32,000 nucleotides of DNA from Nitrososphaerota archaeon (GCA_028867785.1 JAGWFS010000002.1:146678-178677), one strand, 5' to 3'; counted from the first letter of the stretch, positions 17,929 through 25,561 are shown. Translations and numbers: made by a program. Notes: generated by a model from the letters alone, not told the origin.

Positions 17929-18067
17929 TCATTCTTCAAACTTTAAAAAACTGGCGTAGATTCTCTCCGCTCACTCGTTTGCAGCTATTTCTCAAAATAA
18001 CAAGTTCTGTAAACTTGGAATTCTTCCATATGGATGAAAATGTTATGCCTGAAAAACGAACCCGTGC

Positions 18068-18955
18068 CTATCTGAGATATCTCTTGTACTCCTTGATGTA
18101 TCTCTTGACAAACCATTGCAGAAAGATCCTGTCATTTTCTTTCATCTGTGATCTCTCAAGTGCGTTATAGTAACTGTCTCTATACTCGTATGGAATATCC
18201 AGCATCGGATATTTTTTTTTACCAAGTATGAAATTCATGACAAGCCTTGAAACCCTACCGTTGCCGTCCCCAAATGGGTGTATTGTGACAAATTTCAAAT
18301 GGGCAATTGCCGCCAGCTCAACAGGATGCAGCTTGTTTTTGTTCTTGTTGTACCACTGGAAAAATTCCGTAAGCATTGGGGAGATCTCTATAGGTGACGG
18401 TGGCATGAACTTACTGCCACCTATCTTTACTTGATACTTTCTTGTCTTTCCAGCAATGTCCGGTTTTGTTTTGTTAAAGAGTCTCCAATGCCAATCAAGA
18501 ACTTCCTGCAGAGATATGTCCTTGTTTGATTTTAAGATGTCAAAAAAGAGGTCCCTGTGGCTTTGAGCTTCATACACATCCCTCATCGGCTTGCTCTTTG
18601 GGGTAATGTCCCTTTCCAGGAGGTCGGCAGTTTCTTTATGCGTTAACGTGGAACCTTCTATCCTCTGCGTATCGTAGGTAAAATTTGTTGCAAAGATCTC
18701 GATCTCCTTCTTCCTCACGGATTCCGGCATCCTCTTCTGGTTTTTTGCATAGCTTCTGCTTATCTTGTCAATATCTGCATACCATTTGTTTCTGTATATG
18801 TCGTCAAGCAGCCTTTGTTTTATCTCGTTGATGTTCTTTGGTATTTTTGTACCTAGGTAGATCTCTTTTTTTTGTACCTTGTTGCCTTCTCTTGTACTGT
18901 GCTCAAGATAATGGTATGTCTTTCCATTTACGCTTTTTTTCCTTATCGTTACCAT
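18068..18955 (-). CDS. Fic-domain protein (putative AMPylase) with an in-chain inhibitory helix
   Basis: 295 aa. The canonical Fic motif is HPFGDGNGRVSR. The upstream stretch TQRIEG in YDTQRIEGSTLTHKET matches the (S/T)xxxE(G/N) inhibitory motif. Confidence 0.9.
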   Translation of the reverse strand: MVTIRKKSVNGKTYHYLEHSTREGNKVQKKEIYLGTKIPKNINEIKQRLLDDIYRNKWYADIDKISRSYAKNQKRMPESVRKKEIEIFATNFTYDTQRIEGSTLTHKETADLLERDITPKSKPMRDVYEAQSHRDLFFDILKSNKDISLQEVLDWHWRLFNKTKPDIAGKTRKYQVKIGGSKFMPPSPIEISPMLTEFFQWYNKNKNKLHPVELAAIAHLKFVTIHPFGDGNGRVSRLVMNFILGKKKYPMLDIPYEYRDSYYNALERSQMKENDRIFLQWFVKRYIKEYKRYLR

Positions 18956-18963
18956 GGGTATAG

Positions 18964-19015
18964 TTACCCCTACATAATTATATAGTAATCGTATTTATTG
19001 AATATGTAGGGGTAA
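18964..19015. promoter_or_regulatory. 13-bp perfect inverted repeat bracketing the TATA-like box of the Fic gene
   Basis: TTACCCCTACATA (18964-18976) and TATGTAGGGGTAA (19003-19015) are separated by 26 nt that contain tatataat on the Fic strand. A third GGGTA half-site lies at 18956-18960, next to the ATG. Confidence 0.5.
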
Positions 19016-19081
19016 TCAAAAACATGTAGCCTGAGATAGCACGCCCTCTAGGTCTGCTGGTTTTCAAAGATGCGGCAAATC

Positions 19082-19098
19082 GTGGCAAATATTGCCAC
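19082..19098. promoter_or_regulatory. Palindrome GTGGCAA-ATA-TTGCCAC upstream of nadA
   Basis: The arms are 7 bp. A direct GGCAAAT repeat lies at 19075-19081 and 19085-19091. The site is about 80 nt upstream of the nadA start. Confidence 0.3.
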
Positions 19099-19174
19099 CA
19101 CGCATTTGTCATGCCGTTAAATTTGTCTGTATCATGACACTTTAAATGGAAAGGAAGACCAGCTTTACTCTGAA

Positions 19175-20113
19175 TTGGATTTAAAATCAGAAATCCTAAA
19201 ACTAAAGGAGCAAAAGGACGTATTGATTCTGGCCCACAACTATCAGCTGCCCGAGGTTCAGGATGTTGCAGACTATGTGGGAGACTCGCTTGGCCTTTCC
19301 CGCCAAGCTGCAAAGACTGGACAAAAGATAATTCTATTTTGCGGAGTGCACTTTATGGCAGAAACCGCAGCAATCACATGCCCAGACAAAAAGATTCTGA
19401 TTCCCGACCTTGGTGCCGGGTGTTCACTTGCTGATACAATAAACGCAGACCAGGTGCGCAAGTGGAAGAGCGAGCACCCGGGTGCAGTAACCGTAGGATA
19501 TGTAAACACATCTGCAGAGGTAAAGGCAGAGCTTGACTATTGCTGTACATCGTCAAACGCAGTAAACGTAGTACGCTCAATCCAGTCTGACAAGGAGATT
19601 TTGTTTTTGCCAGACATGTTTCTTGGCTCGTATGTGGCAAAGATGACTGGAAGAAAGAACATGTACATCTGGGCAGGAGAGTGTCACGTGCATGCAGGGA
19701 TAAGGCCACAGGAGGTGCAGGAAAAACTGTCACAGTATGCAAATGCCGAGTTTCTGGTCCATCCTGAATGCAGCTGCACGTCTTCTATCATGTATGACGT
19801 GGCATGCGGTGATTATGATACAAGGCAGGTACAAATTTTGTCAACCGAAGGAATGATGAACCACGCAAAAAATTCCACCAGCAAGAAATTTGTGGTAGCT
19901 ACTGAGACCGGAATACTGTACAGAATGAGAAAGCAAAACCCGGAAAAAGAGTTTATCGCAATGTCGGATTCTGCTGTCTGCAAGTACATGAAGATGATAA
20001 CGCTTGACAAGGTTTACGCATCGCTCAGGGAAGAAAAGTACGAAGTCAAGGTGCCAAGAAATGTTGCCCAAAAGGCACAGCTTGCAATAGAGCGCATGCT
20101 TGCAATCAGCTAA
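19175..20113 (+). CDS. nadA: Quinolinate synthase
   Basis: 312 aa with ILAHNYQ, ILFCGVHFMAETA, VHPEC and VATETG. The start appears to be TTG. Confidence 0.95.
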   Translation: MDLKSEILKLKEQKDVLILAHNYQLPEVQDVADYVGDSLGLSRQAAKTGQKIILFCGVHFMAETAAITCPDKKILIPDLGAGCSLADTINADQVRKWKSEHPGAVTVGYVNTSAEVKAELDYCCTSSNAVNVVRSIQSDKEILFLPDMFLGSYVAKMTGRKNMYIWAGECHVHAGIRPQEVQEKLSQYANAEFLVHPECSCTSSIMYDVACGDYDTRQVQILSTEGMMNHAKNSTSKKFVVATETGILYRMRKQNPEKEFIAMSDSAVCKYMKMITLDKVYASLREEKYEVKVPRNVAQKAQLAIERMLAIS

Positions 20114-20934
20114 ACTTCCATGCTCAGGTCAAGCCCGAGAACCGAGCTTGTCAGCTTGCCAACTGATATCATGTCAATTCCAGTCCTTGCATAATTTTTC
20201 ACATTAGAGGCATCGATTCCCCCGGATGCCTCGATTCTCACTCTGTCACGAAGGCCTAGATGTTTTAGCGTCTTGATTATGCGCAAAATCTCTCTTGGAG
20301 GTATGTTGTCAAGCATTATGATGGATGCACCTTCTCTTGCTGCCATCACGGCATCGTCAAGACTTTCAACCTCGATTTCAAACCTCCTGTGGCGTTTTTT
20401 TGCAGCACGAACTATATCCAGCAGCGAGCCTGACACTGCAAGGTGGTTGTCCTTTATCATGACCATCTGGTCAAGCGAGACGCGGTACCTCTTGCCTCCG
20501 CCGATCTCAACTGCCTCCTTGTCAAAGATGCGCAGACCGGGGGCTGTCTTTCTTGTAGAGTAGATCTGGGTCCTGGATTTTGTACTCTTGACAAGTTTTA
20601 CAAAATAGTTTGTCCTTGTGGCAATGCCGCTCATCCTGGAAAGAAGGTTGAGCGCAGTCCTCTCACATGAAAGAACAGAGTATGCAGGACCGGTGATTGT
20701 CATGATGGTATCGTTTTGATTTACCTTGTCGCCGTCTTTTTTTAAAATCCTTACCTGACACTTTCTTGAGGAAAATATCTCTCTTGCATATTGTACTCCT
20801 GCGACGATTCCGACTTGACGGGATATTATTCTGGCAGATATTTTTTTTCTTGGAAGAAGCTTACTTGTAATGTCGCCTCTGCCAATGTCTTCTTTGAGAA
20901 ATATTTCTAGTGCTTTTTTTGCACGAGCGTGCAA
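20110..20934 (-). CDS. nadC: Nicotinate-nucleotide pyrophosphorylase (quinolinate phosphoribosyltransferase)
   Basis: 274 aa with EDIGRGDITS, ERTALNLL, TRKT.PG.R, IMLDN and EASGGI. TTG start 1 nt after the spt4 stop. Confidence 0.95.
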   Translation of the reverse strand: MHARAKKALEIFLKEDIGRGDITSKLLPRKKISARIISRQVGIVAGVQYAREIFSSRKCQVRILKKDGDKVNQNDTIMTITGPAYSVLSCERTALNLLSRMSGIATRTNYFVKLVKSTKSRTQIYSTRKTAPGLRIFDKEAVEIGGGKRYRVSLDQMVMIKDNHLAVSGSLLDIVRAAKKRHRRFEIEVESLDDAVMAAREGASIIMLDNIPPREILRIIKTLKHLGLRDRVRIEASGGIDASNVKNYARTGIDMISVGKLTSSVLGLDLSMEV

Positions 20935-20935
20935 T

Positions 20936-21124
20936 CTAAGTTACCTTGAGCGCGTATTTTCCCTTCTCGGTTATTCCTAAAGATTTTGCAACTATCGAAT
21001 TCGTAGGATCTACTATGAGTACGGCGCCGCGCCAGTCCGGCGTCAGGTCTGACGATTTGCAAATCGGGCACACCTTTCCAATTGTTACGCCTTTGCACTT
21101 GCGGCAAGCCATCTCTCTGACCAT
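20936..21124 (-). CDS. spt4: Transcription elongation factor Spt4 (RpoE'')
   Basis: 62 aa with the zinc ribbon ACRKCKGV...CPICKS followed by W.G..IV. It lies immediately downstream of rpo7. Confidence 0.85.
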   Translation of the reverse strand: MVREMACRKCKGVTIGKVCPICKSSDLTPDWRGAVLIVDPTNSIVAKSLGITEKGKYALKVT

Positions 21125-21130
21125 GTCTTA

Positions 21131-21760
21131 TCACTTGGTCTCTGCAGGCTTTTTAGATTTTTCAGCCTGCTGTGGGGGGCTCTTTGCTTTTTCAGCCTGC
21201 TGTCCTGCCGGATTCTTTGCTTTCTTTATCTCCTCTGCAATCCACTCGTCTGCGCCAAGGAACGGCTGTCTGCAGGTGATTCCTACCTTCATTGCAGCTG
21301 TCTTGCCAAGCGATACTGCGGTAATTCTTGCCCGCAGGGTGGTGCCTATCTTCATGCTTCTTCCGCTCTGATTAGCTAAAATCATGCCAGACTTTACGTC
21401 GCTCTTCAGGTAATCGTCCATTATCTGTGACAAGTGTAGTAATGCATCGGTTGCGCCAATTCTTACAAATGCGCCAAAGTCTGTAATCTCGACAATCTCC
21501 CCCCGTACGATCTCCTGCAGCTTTGGATAGAATGTGAGTGCGGTAAACTCTACCCTGTGATAAGTTCCTCCATCTCCTGCGATTATCTTGCCCATTTTTT
21601 CCACCTTGGTATCCATTATCATGATGACATAGCCAAGCTCCGGGTTTATCATGGACTCGTACTTTTCCCGCAGTATTGTGATGGCTGCCTTTTTGAGCGA
21701 CTCTCCAAACAGTTTGGGGGGTACTCTAACTACATCAGTAAGGGTTGATATAGAAAACAT
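21131..21760 (-). CDS. rpoE: RNA polymerase subunit Rpo7 (E') with S1 domain and a K/A/Q/E-rich C-terminal tail
   Basis: The ATG at 21760 gives MFSISTLTDVVRVPPKLFG... followed by an S1 fold (GEIVEITDFGAFVRIG). The tail is KKAKNPAGQQAEKAKSPPQQAEKSKKPAETK. The 32-aa upstream extension in the ORF track is unlikely to be real. Confidence 0.9.
   Translation of the reverse strand: MFSISTLTDVVRVPPKLFGESLKKAAITILREKYESMINPELGYVIMIMDTKVEKMGKIIAGDGGTYHRVEFTALTFYPKLQEIVRGEIVEITDFGAFVRIGATDALLHLSQIMDDYLKSDVKSGMILANQSGRSMKIGTTLRARITAVSLGKTAAMKVGITCRQPFLGADEWIAEEIKKAKNPAGQQAEKAKSPPQQAEKSKKPAETK
21158..21203. repeat. 16-nt direct repeat with a 30-nt period inside the rpo7 3' end
   Basis: tttttcagcctgctgt occurs at 21158-21173 and 21188-21203. 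It encodes the QQAEK(A/S)K repeat of the C-terminal tail. Confidence 0.6.
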
Positions 21761-22009
21761 CCAAAAAAAGTGATTAAATTTGAATTTATGAATCTTTGGA
21801 TGTGCAAGATCGTAAATTGTGCGCAATCTGGACACTGATGATACTTTCCATGCCACTGCCTCCTACCATTTCCTACACGATGGATCTAAAAAGAGGCGCC
21901 AGTCTTCCAAGGTCTGTGAGTGGAGCAGCGAAATCTTCTATCCCAGATGTCACTCCGGTACAGTCATCTGCAAGGAACAACAATATTCTACATTATGAGC
22001 AAATATGGT

Positions 22010-22432
22010 TTATTTTGCTGGAGGCAGAACCTGCTCCTTTTTCAAGTCACGCAACAGTATGACAGATATTACAACTATTCCTACCTGTATGACTTTGGTC
22101 AGAATATCCATGGCGCCAATGTCATTTTGTATGCCTACTACCGGCAGGCTGACAGTCCTTGATATGACATACAGTATAATCAGAAAGGCCGAGACCAGAA
22201 TTGAAATTACGTAAGGCGCCCTGCTGTGCAGCCTGTTCTTTAGCATCCATATTGAGAGGGGAATGCATACTATTCCGGCAGTTGCAAAAAACATCGTCTG
22301 CACCTGCGACCCAACATCATTGGATCCTGCAGATTCGGCATACGACGACGCAAGATAGATCATTCCACTTGCTGCCATGAGAAACGATGTTATCAAAATT
22401 GATGATCTGGTTGATCTCTTCATGATATTCAT
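22010..22432 (-). CDS. Four-TM membrane protein
   Basis: 140 aa with four hydrophobic segments. It lies downstream of the wHTH gene on the same strand. Confidence 0.65.
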   Translation of the reverse strand: MNIMKRSTRSSILITSFLMAASGMIYLASSYAESAGSNDVGSQVQTMFFATAGIVCIPLSIWMLKNRLHSRAPYVISILVSAFLIILYVISRTVSLPVVGIQNDIGAMDILTKVIQVGIVVISVILLRDLKKEQVLPPAK

Positions 22433-22483
22433 AGGGCTTTCTTTCTTTAATAGGCATCCACCGTTCCTACATCTGGGAATGGA

Positions 22484-22825
22484 TTATTTTTCTCCAAACT
22501 TTTGCCAGAGCCTTACTATCTTGTCATCCATTTTGATGCGCTCTATCTTGTATGATATCTTTCCATCCTTGAACCGTATCTCAATCTCGGAAACAAGCCC
22601 CCTGTAATATCTCTCGTCCAGCCCTTCAAGTGTACGCACAACCTTTGTTTTTTTTATCATGTTCATGTACTCTAGGAACTTGATCTTCCTGTATGCGGTA
22701 GAAGCTGGCATACCAAGCTTTGCAGCAATCTCCTGCGTGGTCATCTCGTTGCCTTTTAAAAGTATGATTATCTCTCTGCTGTATCTGTCCCCAAGTACTG
22801 AAAGTATGTCGTCATCGCTTTCCAT
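22484..22825 (-). CDS. ArsR-like winged-helix transcriptional regulator
   Basis: 113 aa. SVLGDRYSREIIILLKGNEMTTQEIAAKLGMPASTAYRKIKFLEYMNMIKK is an HTH plus wing. Confidence 0.8.
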   Translation of the reverse strand: MESDDDILSVLGDRYSREIIILLKGNEMTTQEIAAKLGMPASTAYRKIKFLEYMNMIKKTKVVRTLEGLDERYYRGLVSEIEIRFKDGKISYKIERIKMDDKIVRLWQKFGEK

Positions 22826-22826
22826 T

Positions 22827-23099
22827 TCAGCTTTTCTTGACTGCCAGAATAAGCACTAGGAACCCCGCTATCTCAAACCCCTCTTCAATGATTTTTTGCA
22901 AGTCCTCGCTTTGAAGGAAGGAAAAGGTGTCTTCGATAACTGTCTCACCTATGATTAGAAGCGTGAATCCTATCACCAGTAGCAGCATGGGCGGATATCT
23001 TGTCCTCTTAAACGCCCTTGCGGCAAAAAATACAAGCAAAAACCCGACTATCAGATGTGCTGCCAGCAGAACATAGTGAGTAGTGGATGGATCTAACAT
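22827..23099 (-). CDS. Small three-TM membrane protein co-oriented with the wHTH regulator
   Basis: 90 aa. Its stop lies 1 nt before the wHTH start, so the two are likely co-translated. Confidence 0.7.
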   Translation of the reverse strand: MLDPSTTHYVLLAAHLIVGFLLVFFAARAFKRTRYPPMLLLVIGFTLLIIGETVIEDTFSFLQSEDLQKIIEEGFEIAGFLVLILAVKKS

Positions 23100-23259
23100 T
23101 TCTCATCTAATCCGGATACCGTGGAACCATGAAAGCCGGACTTGACATGCAACGGTATCATCTTTTATCTGGTGTTGTTTTCCGTTTTTAAATTAATGCC
23201 CGTTCCCAACAACGAAAACGGTAACCAGACTCTTATAAGATAATGAGAAAGTATCTGTC

Positions 23260-23487
23260 ATGAACAAGAAGATTGTCGCAGGGGCAGGCATTGCAGTGCT
23301 TGTTGTTGTGATGGCAGTTATAGGTGTCAAGACAATTGCAGGAGACAAGGCTGCAGAGGTTCCCGGAGAGGAACACATGGAAAATGCATTACACATACAA
23401 GAGTCTCACACAACAAACGCAACTACATCCGCAGAATCTGGATCTGCCGAGTCTGGATCTACAGAATCAAGCGAGTCTGGACCATAA
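23260..23487 (+). CDS. Small membrane-anchored protein with an acidic (A/S/T)ESGS-repeat tail
   Basis: 75 aa with the TM segment AGAGIAVLVVVMAVIGV and the tail SAESGSAESGSTESSESGP. Confidence 0.5.
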   Translation: MNKKIVAGAGIAVLVVVMAVIGVKTIAGDKAAEVPGEEHMENALHIQESHTTNATTSAESGSAESGSTESSESGP

Positions 23488-23629
23488 ATCCGCAACCTGT
23501 CTTAACTATTGCGATGTTGTGAAAAAAGGTGCACCTCAAGTTTTGATGATTGGCGCATTCTGTTGCAGATCATCATGGCATGACAGGGACTCCCAGCGCA
23601 CCTTCTGCAAGGGCCGATTTTCTTGATTT

Positions 23630-23929
23630 TTAAAACTCTGCCTTTTTCATCTTGGAGCCGCATCTTGGACAGAGAATGCCATTGAACTTGTTGCTGCACA
23701 CAAGGCAGACATATCTTATACCGTTGCCGAGAAATCCTCCGCCTGTGCTGCTGCCCATGCCGCCGCCCATTCTCTTCAGGGTTCCATTTCTTAGGATTAG
23801 CGGATAGAGCATGAAGATTGCAATTGCCGCAACCAAACCAAAAGGCCATGGCAGGATCATCTGCAGCCCGATGCTGATTGCAAGCGAGACAAAGATTGAA
23901 ACGACATAACTTCTGTAGAATGGCTGCAT
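23630..23929 (-). CDS. Two-TM protein with a Gly-rich linker and C-terminal zinc ribbon
   Basis: 99 aa with CLVCSNKFNGILCPRCGS (CxxC-x9-CxxC). Confidence 0.65.
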   Translation of the reverse strand: MQPFYRSYVVSIFVSLAISIGLQMILPWPFGLVAAIAIFMLYPLILRNGTLKRMGGGMGSSTGGGFLGNGIRYVCLVCSNKFNGILCPRCGSKMKKAEF

Positions 23930-23958
23930 GATATTCGTATGGCATAATGCGATTTAAG

Positions 23959-23980
23959 TCATGTTGTACTGACAACATGA
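23959..23980. promoter_or_regulatory. 9-bp inverted repeat, TCATGTTGT-ACTG-ACAACATGA
   Basis: The arms are perfect and are extendable by A-T and G-T pairs. It lies 30 nt upstream of the zinc-ribbon membrane gene (minus strand), adjacent to its ttaaat box. It lies 118 nt upstream of the ParB-like gene. Confidence 0.4.
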
Positions 23981-24097
23981 TTTGTCTGATTGTATCCACC
24001 CATATGCGTGCACTTTCTGCAGGACGGATTTTCTTGTTTGCTGGTCTAACTTGACCAACCATCCAGTTTAAAAAAAGCAGACAGGTGGTAAGAGCAG

Positions 24098-24907
24098 TTG
24101 ACACGATACCGTCATGCTATATCATACAGGCTGCGCGAGGTACCGATAAGGCAGATAAAGGTGTGGAGCAGTGCGCAGGCAAGAAAGCTTGACAGGACAG
24201 GAATTGCCGAGCTTGCAAGGTCAATCAGGAGCGAGGGCCTCCAGAACCCACCGATGGTCCAGCAGGACGGCAAGAACTCGTACCTTCTCATGTCGGGCCA
24301 GAGGAGGCTTGCGGCCCTCAAAAGGCTTAGGACAAGAAAGGTTCCTGTCCTTGTCCTGACAAAAAAGACAGCGTACCAACTTCAGGATGCAAAGGCGGCA
24401 TCTGTAATAGAGAACATTCACCGCCGAAACATGAATACAAGGGATGTTGCATCGGCGTGCAGTTTTCTTGCAGCAAGGATTGGCAGGTCAAAGGCCGCCC
24501 AGTCACTTGGCATGTCGGCAATAACGTTCCGCAGGTACCACGGCTTTGCAGGAGTGCCAGAAAGACTGAAGGAACTTGTCCCGAAAAAACTCTCGAGGGA
24601 CCAGGCAACAAGACTTTACACGGCAGTGCCAGATCTTGCACGTGCATTGAGGATTGCAGGGAGGATGTCAAGACTTGACTCATCCTCACGAAGAACATAC
24701 CTTGAATTGTTGTCGCGCAACCCGAACCTGTCACACAAGACCCTGATGAAGAGGCTCAGGCTGCATCACATACAGAAAACCATACTGCTCAAGATCCCAA
24801 AGGGAAAGGCGCACGGTCTTGCCGTGCAGTCAAGGCGTCACGAGATGGAGCCACAGGAATTGGCAGGCAAGATCCTGTCGGACTGGCTCAAGAGAAAGGG
24901 GTACTAG
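24098..24907 (+). CDS. ParB/Srx-domain protein (ParB-like nuclease/CTPase fold plus HTH); no ParA neighbour
   Basis: 269 aa. IRQIKV...R, ELARSIRSEGLQNPPMV and the arginine box LMSGQRRLAALKRL are followed by an HTH-like segment. The start appears to be TTG. By eye the gene is more GC-rich than its neighbours. Confidence 0.85.
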   Translation: MTRYRHAISYRLREVPIRQIKVWSSAQARKLDRTGIAELARSIRSEGLQNPPMVQQDGKNSYLLMSGQRRLAALKRLRTRKVPVLVLTKKTAYQLQDAKAASVIENIHRRNMNTRDVASACSFLAARIGRSKAAQSLGMSAITFRRYHGFAGVPERLKELVPKKLSRDQATRLYTAVPDLARALRIAGRMSRLDSSSRRTYLELLSRNPNLSHKTLMKRLRLHHIQKTILLKIPKGKAHGLAVQSRRHEMEPQELAGKILSDWLKRKGY

Positions 24908-24958
24908 ATACCATTGCACGCCATGATTCCAAAAACCGAGGGAGGGAAATAAGAGAAT

Positions 24959-25171
24959 ATGTCAGCAAGCCCAGTACGATATGCACTAAAGCAAGAAATA
25001 AAGCAAGAACTTGCTGAAGAAATCTACACCGAAACCAAAAAACTGCATAAAGTTACAGATAAAAAAACAAATAAAATGATAAAAAAAATAAAAAAGGCTT
25101 TTGCGTCACAAAAGTCAGGCAGTGCCAAGGCAAAACCCTCAACTCGATCCCCTGCAAATTCAACGAAATAG
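24959..25171 (+). CDS. Lys-rich small hypothetical protein
   Basis: 70-aa ORF with low-complexity basic sequence. The coding status is uncertain. Confidence 0.4.
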   Translation: MSASPVRYALKQEIKQELAEEIYTETKKLHKVTDKKTNKMIKKIKKAFASQKSGSAKAKPSTRSPANSTK

Positions 25172-25186
25172 GCTTCGGTGTAAATC

Positions 25187-25561
25187 TTGGGGTTATTCAA
25201 TAAAAAGAAACTGGCGTTTGAAAAAATAGAACTTTCTAAATCGAAAATAAATTCGGATGAAACTGCAACAATTACAGTTAATATTAAAAACTTTAAGGAA
25301 AAAGTAGATGATATCTCAGTAGTAACAAAGACTGAGGATGCAAGTAATCAGTATTTGACTATCAACAAACCCTCTCTTAGGCTTCCTTCTCTAGTTTTCC
25401 CAAATAGTAATACCGGAGATCAAGAGATTACAATAAATCCTTACAATATTCCTATTCATAAAATGGAATTTAAGATAAGTATTGAAGTATACACAGATAG
25501 TTCTAAAAAACTAATGCTCAAAAAAGATTTTAATTTAACTGTAAACAAAAAAAAGATGTAG
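25187..25561 (+). CDS. Hypothetical protein, probably beta-rich, in a strongly AT-rich region
   Basis: 124 aa with alternating polar/hydrophobic strands (ATITVNIKN, EFKISIEVY). TTG start directly after a stop. Confidence 0.5.
   Translation: MGLFNKKKLAFEKIELSKSKINSDETATITVNIKNFKEKVDDISVVTKTEDASNQYLTINKPSLRLPSLVFPNSNTGDQEITINPYNIPIHKMEFKISIEVYTDSSKKLMLKKDFNLTVNKKKM

Noticed and set aside
18068-18955. Fic considered as a two-gene FicT/FicA toxin-antitoxin pair
   Set aside because: The inhibitory (S/T)xxxE(G/N) motif is present within the Fic polypeptide itself (TQRIEG). No small adjacent ORF carries such a motif.
21761-21856. 32-aa N-terminal extension of Rpo7
   Set aside because: Rpo7 orthologs begin at the MF.....L.D.V.V.P motif, which is found at the ATG at 21760. 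The upstream part has no supporting features.
21761-22009. 249-nt gap upstream of rpo7 scanned for an RNA gene (ctgatga C-box-like at 21835-21841)
   Set aside because: There is no downstream CTGA D box at a suitable distance and no obvious conserved structure. The 88-aa plus-strand ORF here overlaps the neighbouring membrane gene and looks non-coding.
23400-23480. Short tandem gaatctggatct / gagtctggatct repeats, considered as a possible CRISPR-like or satellite repeat
   Set aside because: The units are only about 15 nt, imperfect and in frame within ORF 23260..23487, where they encode (A/S/T)ESGS. It is a coding low-complexity tail, not an array.
23502-24104. 200-aa minus-strand ORF spanning the gap between the small-protein genes and the ParB-like gene
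   Set aside because: It overlaps the better-supported 99-aa zinc-ribbon membrane ORF in another frame. Its sequence is Arg/Cys/His-rich with no motifs. It is most likely an artefact of local GC richness.
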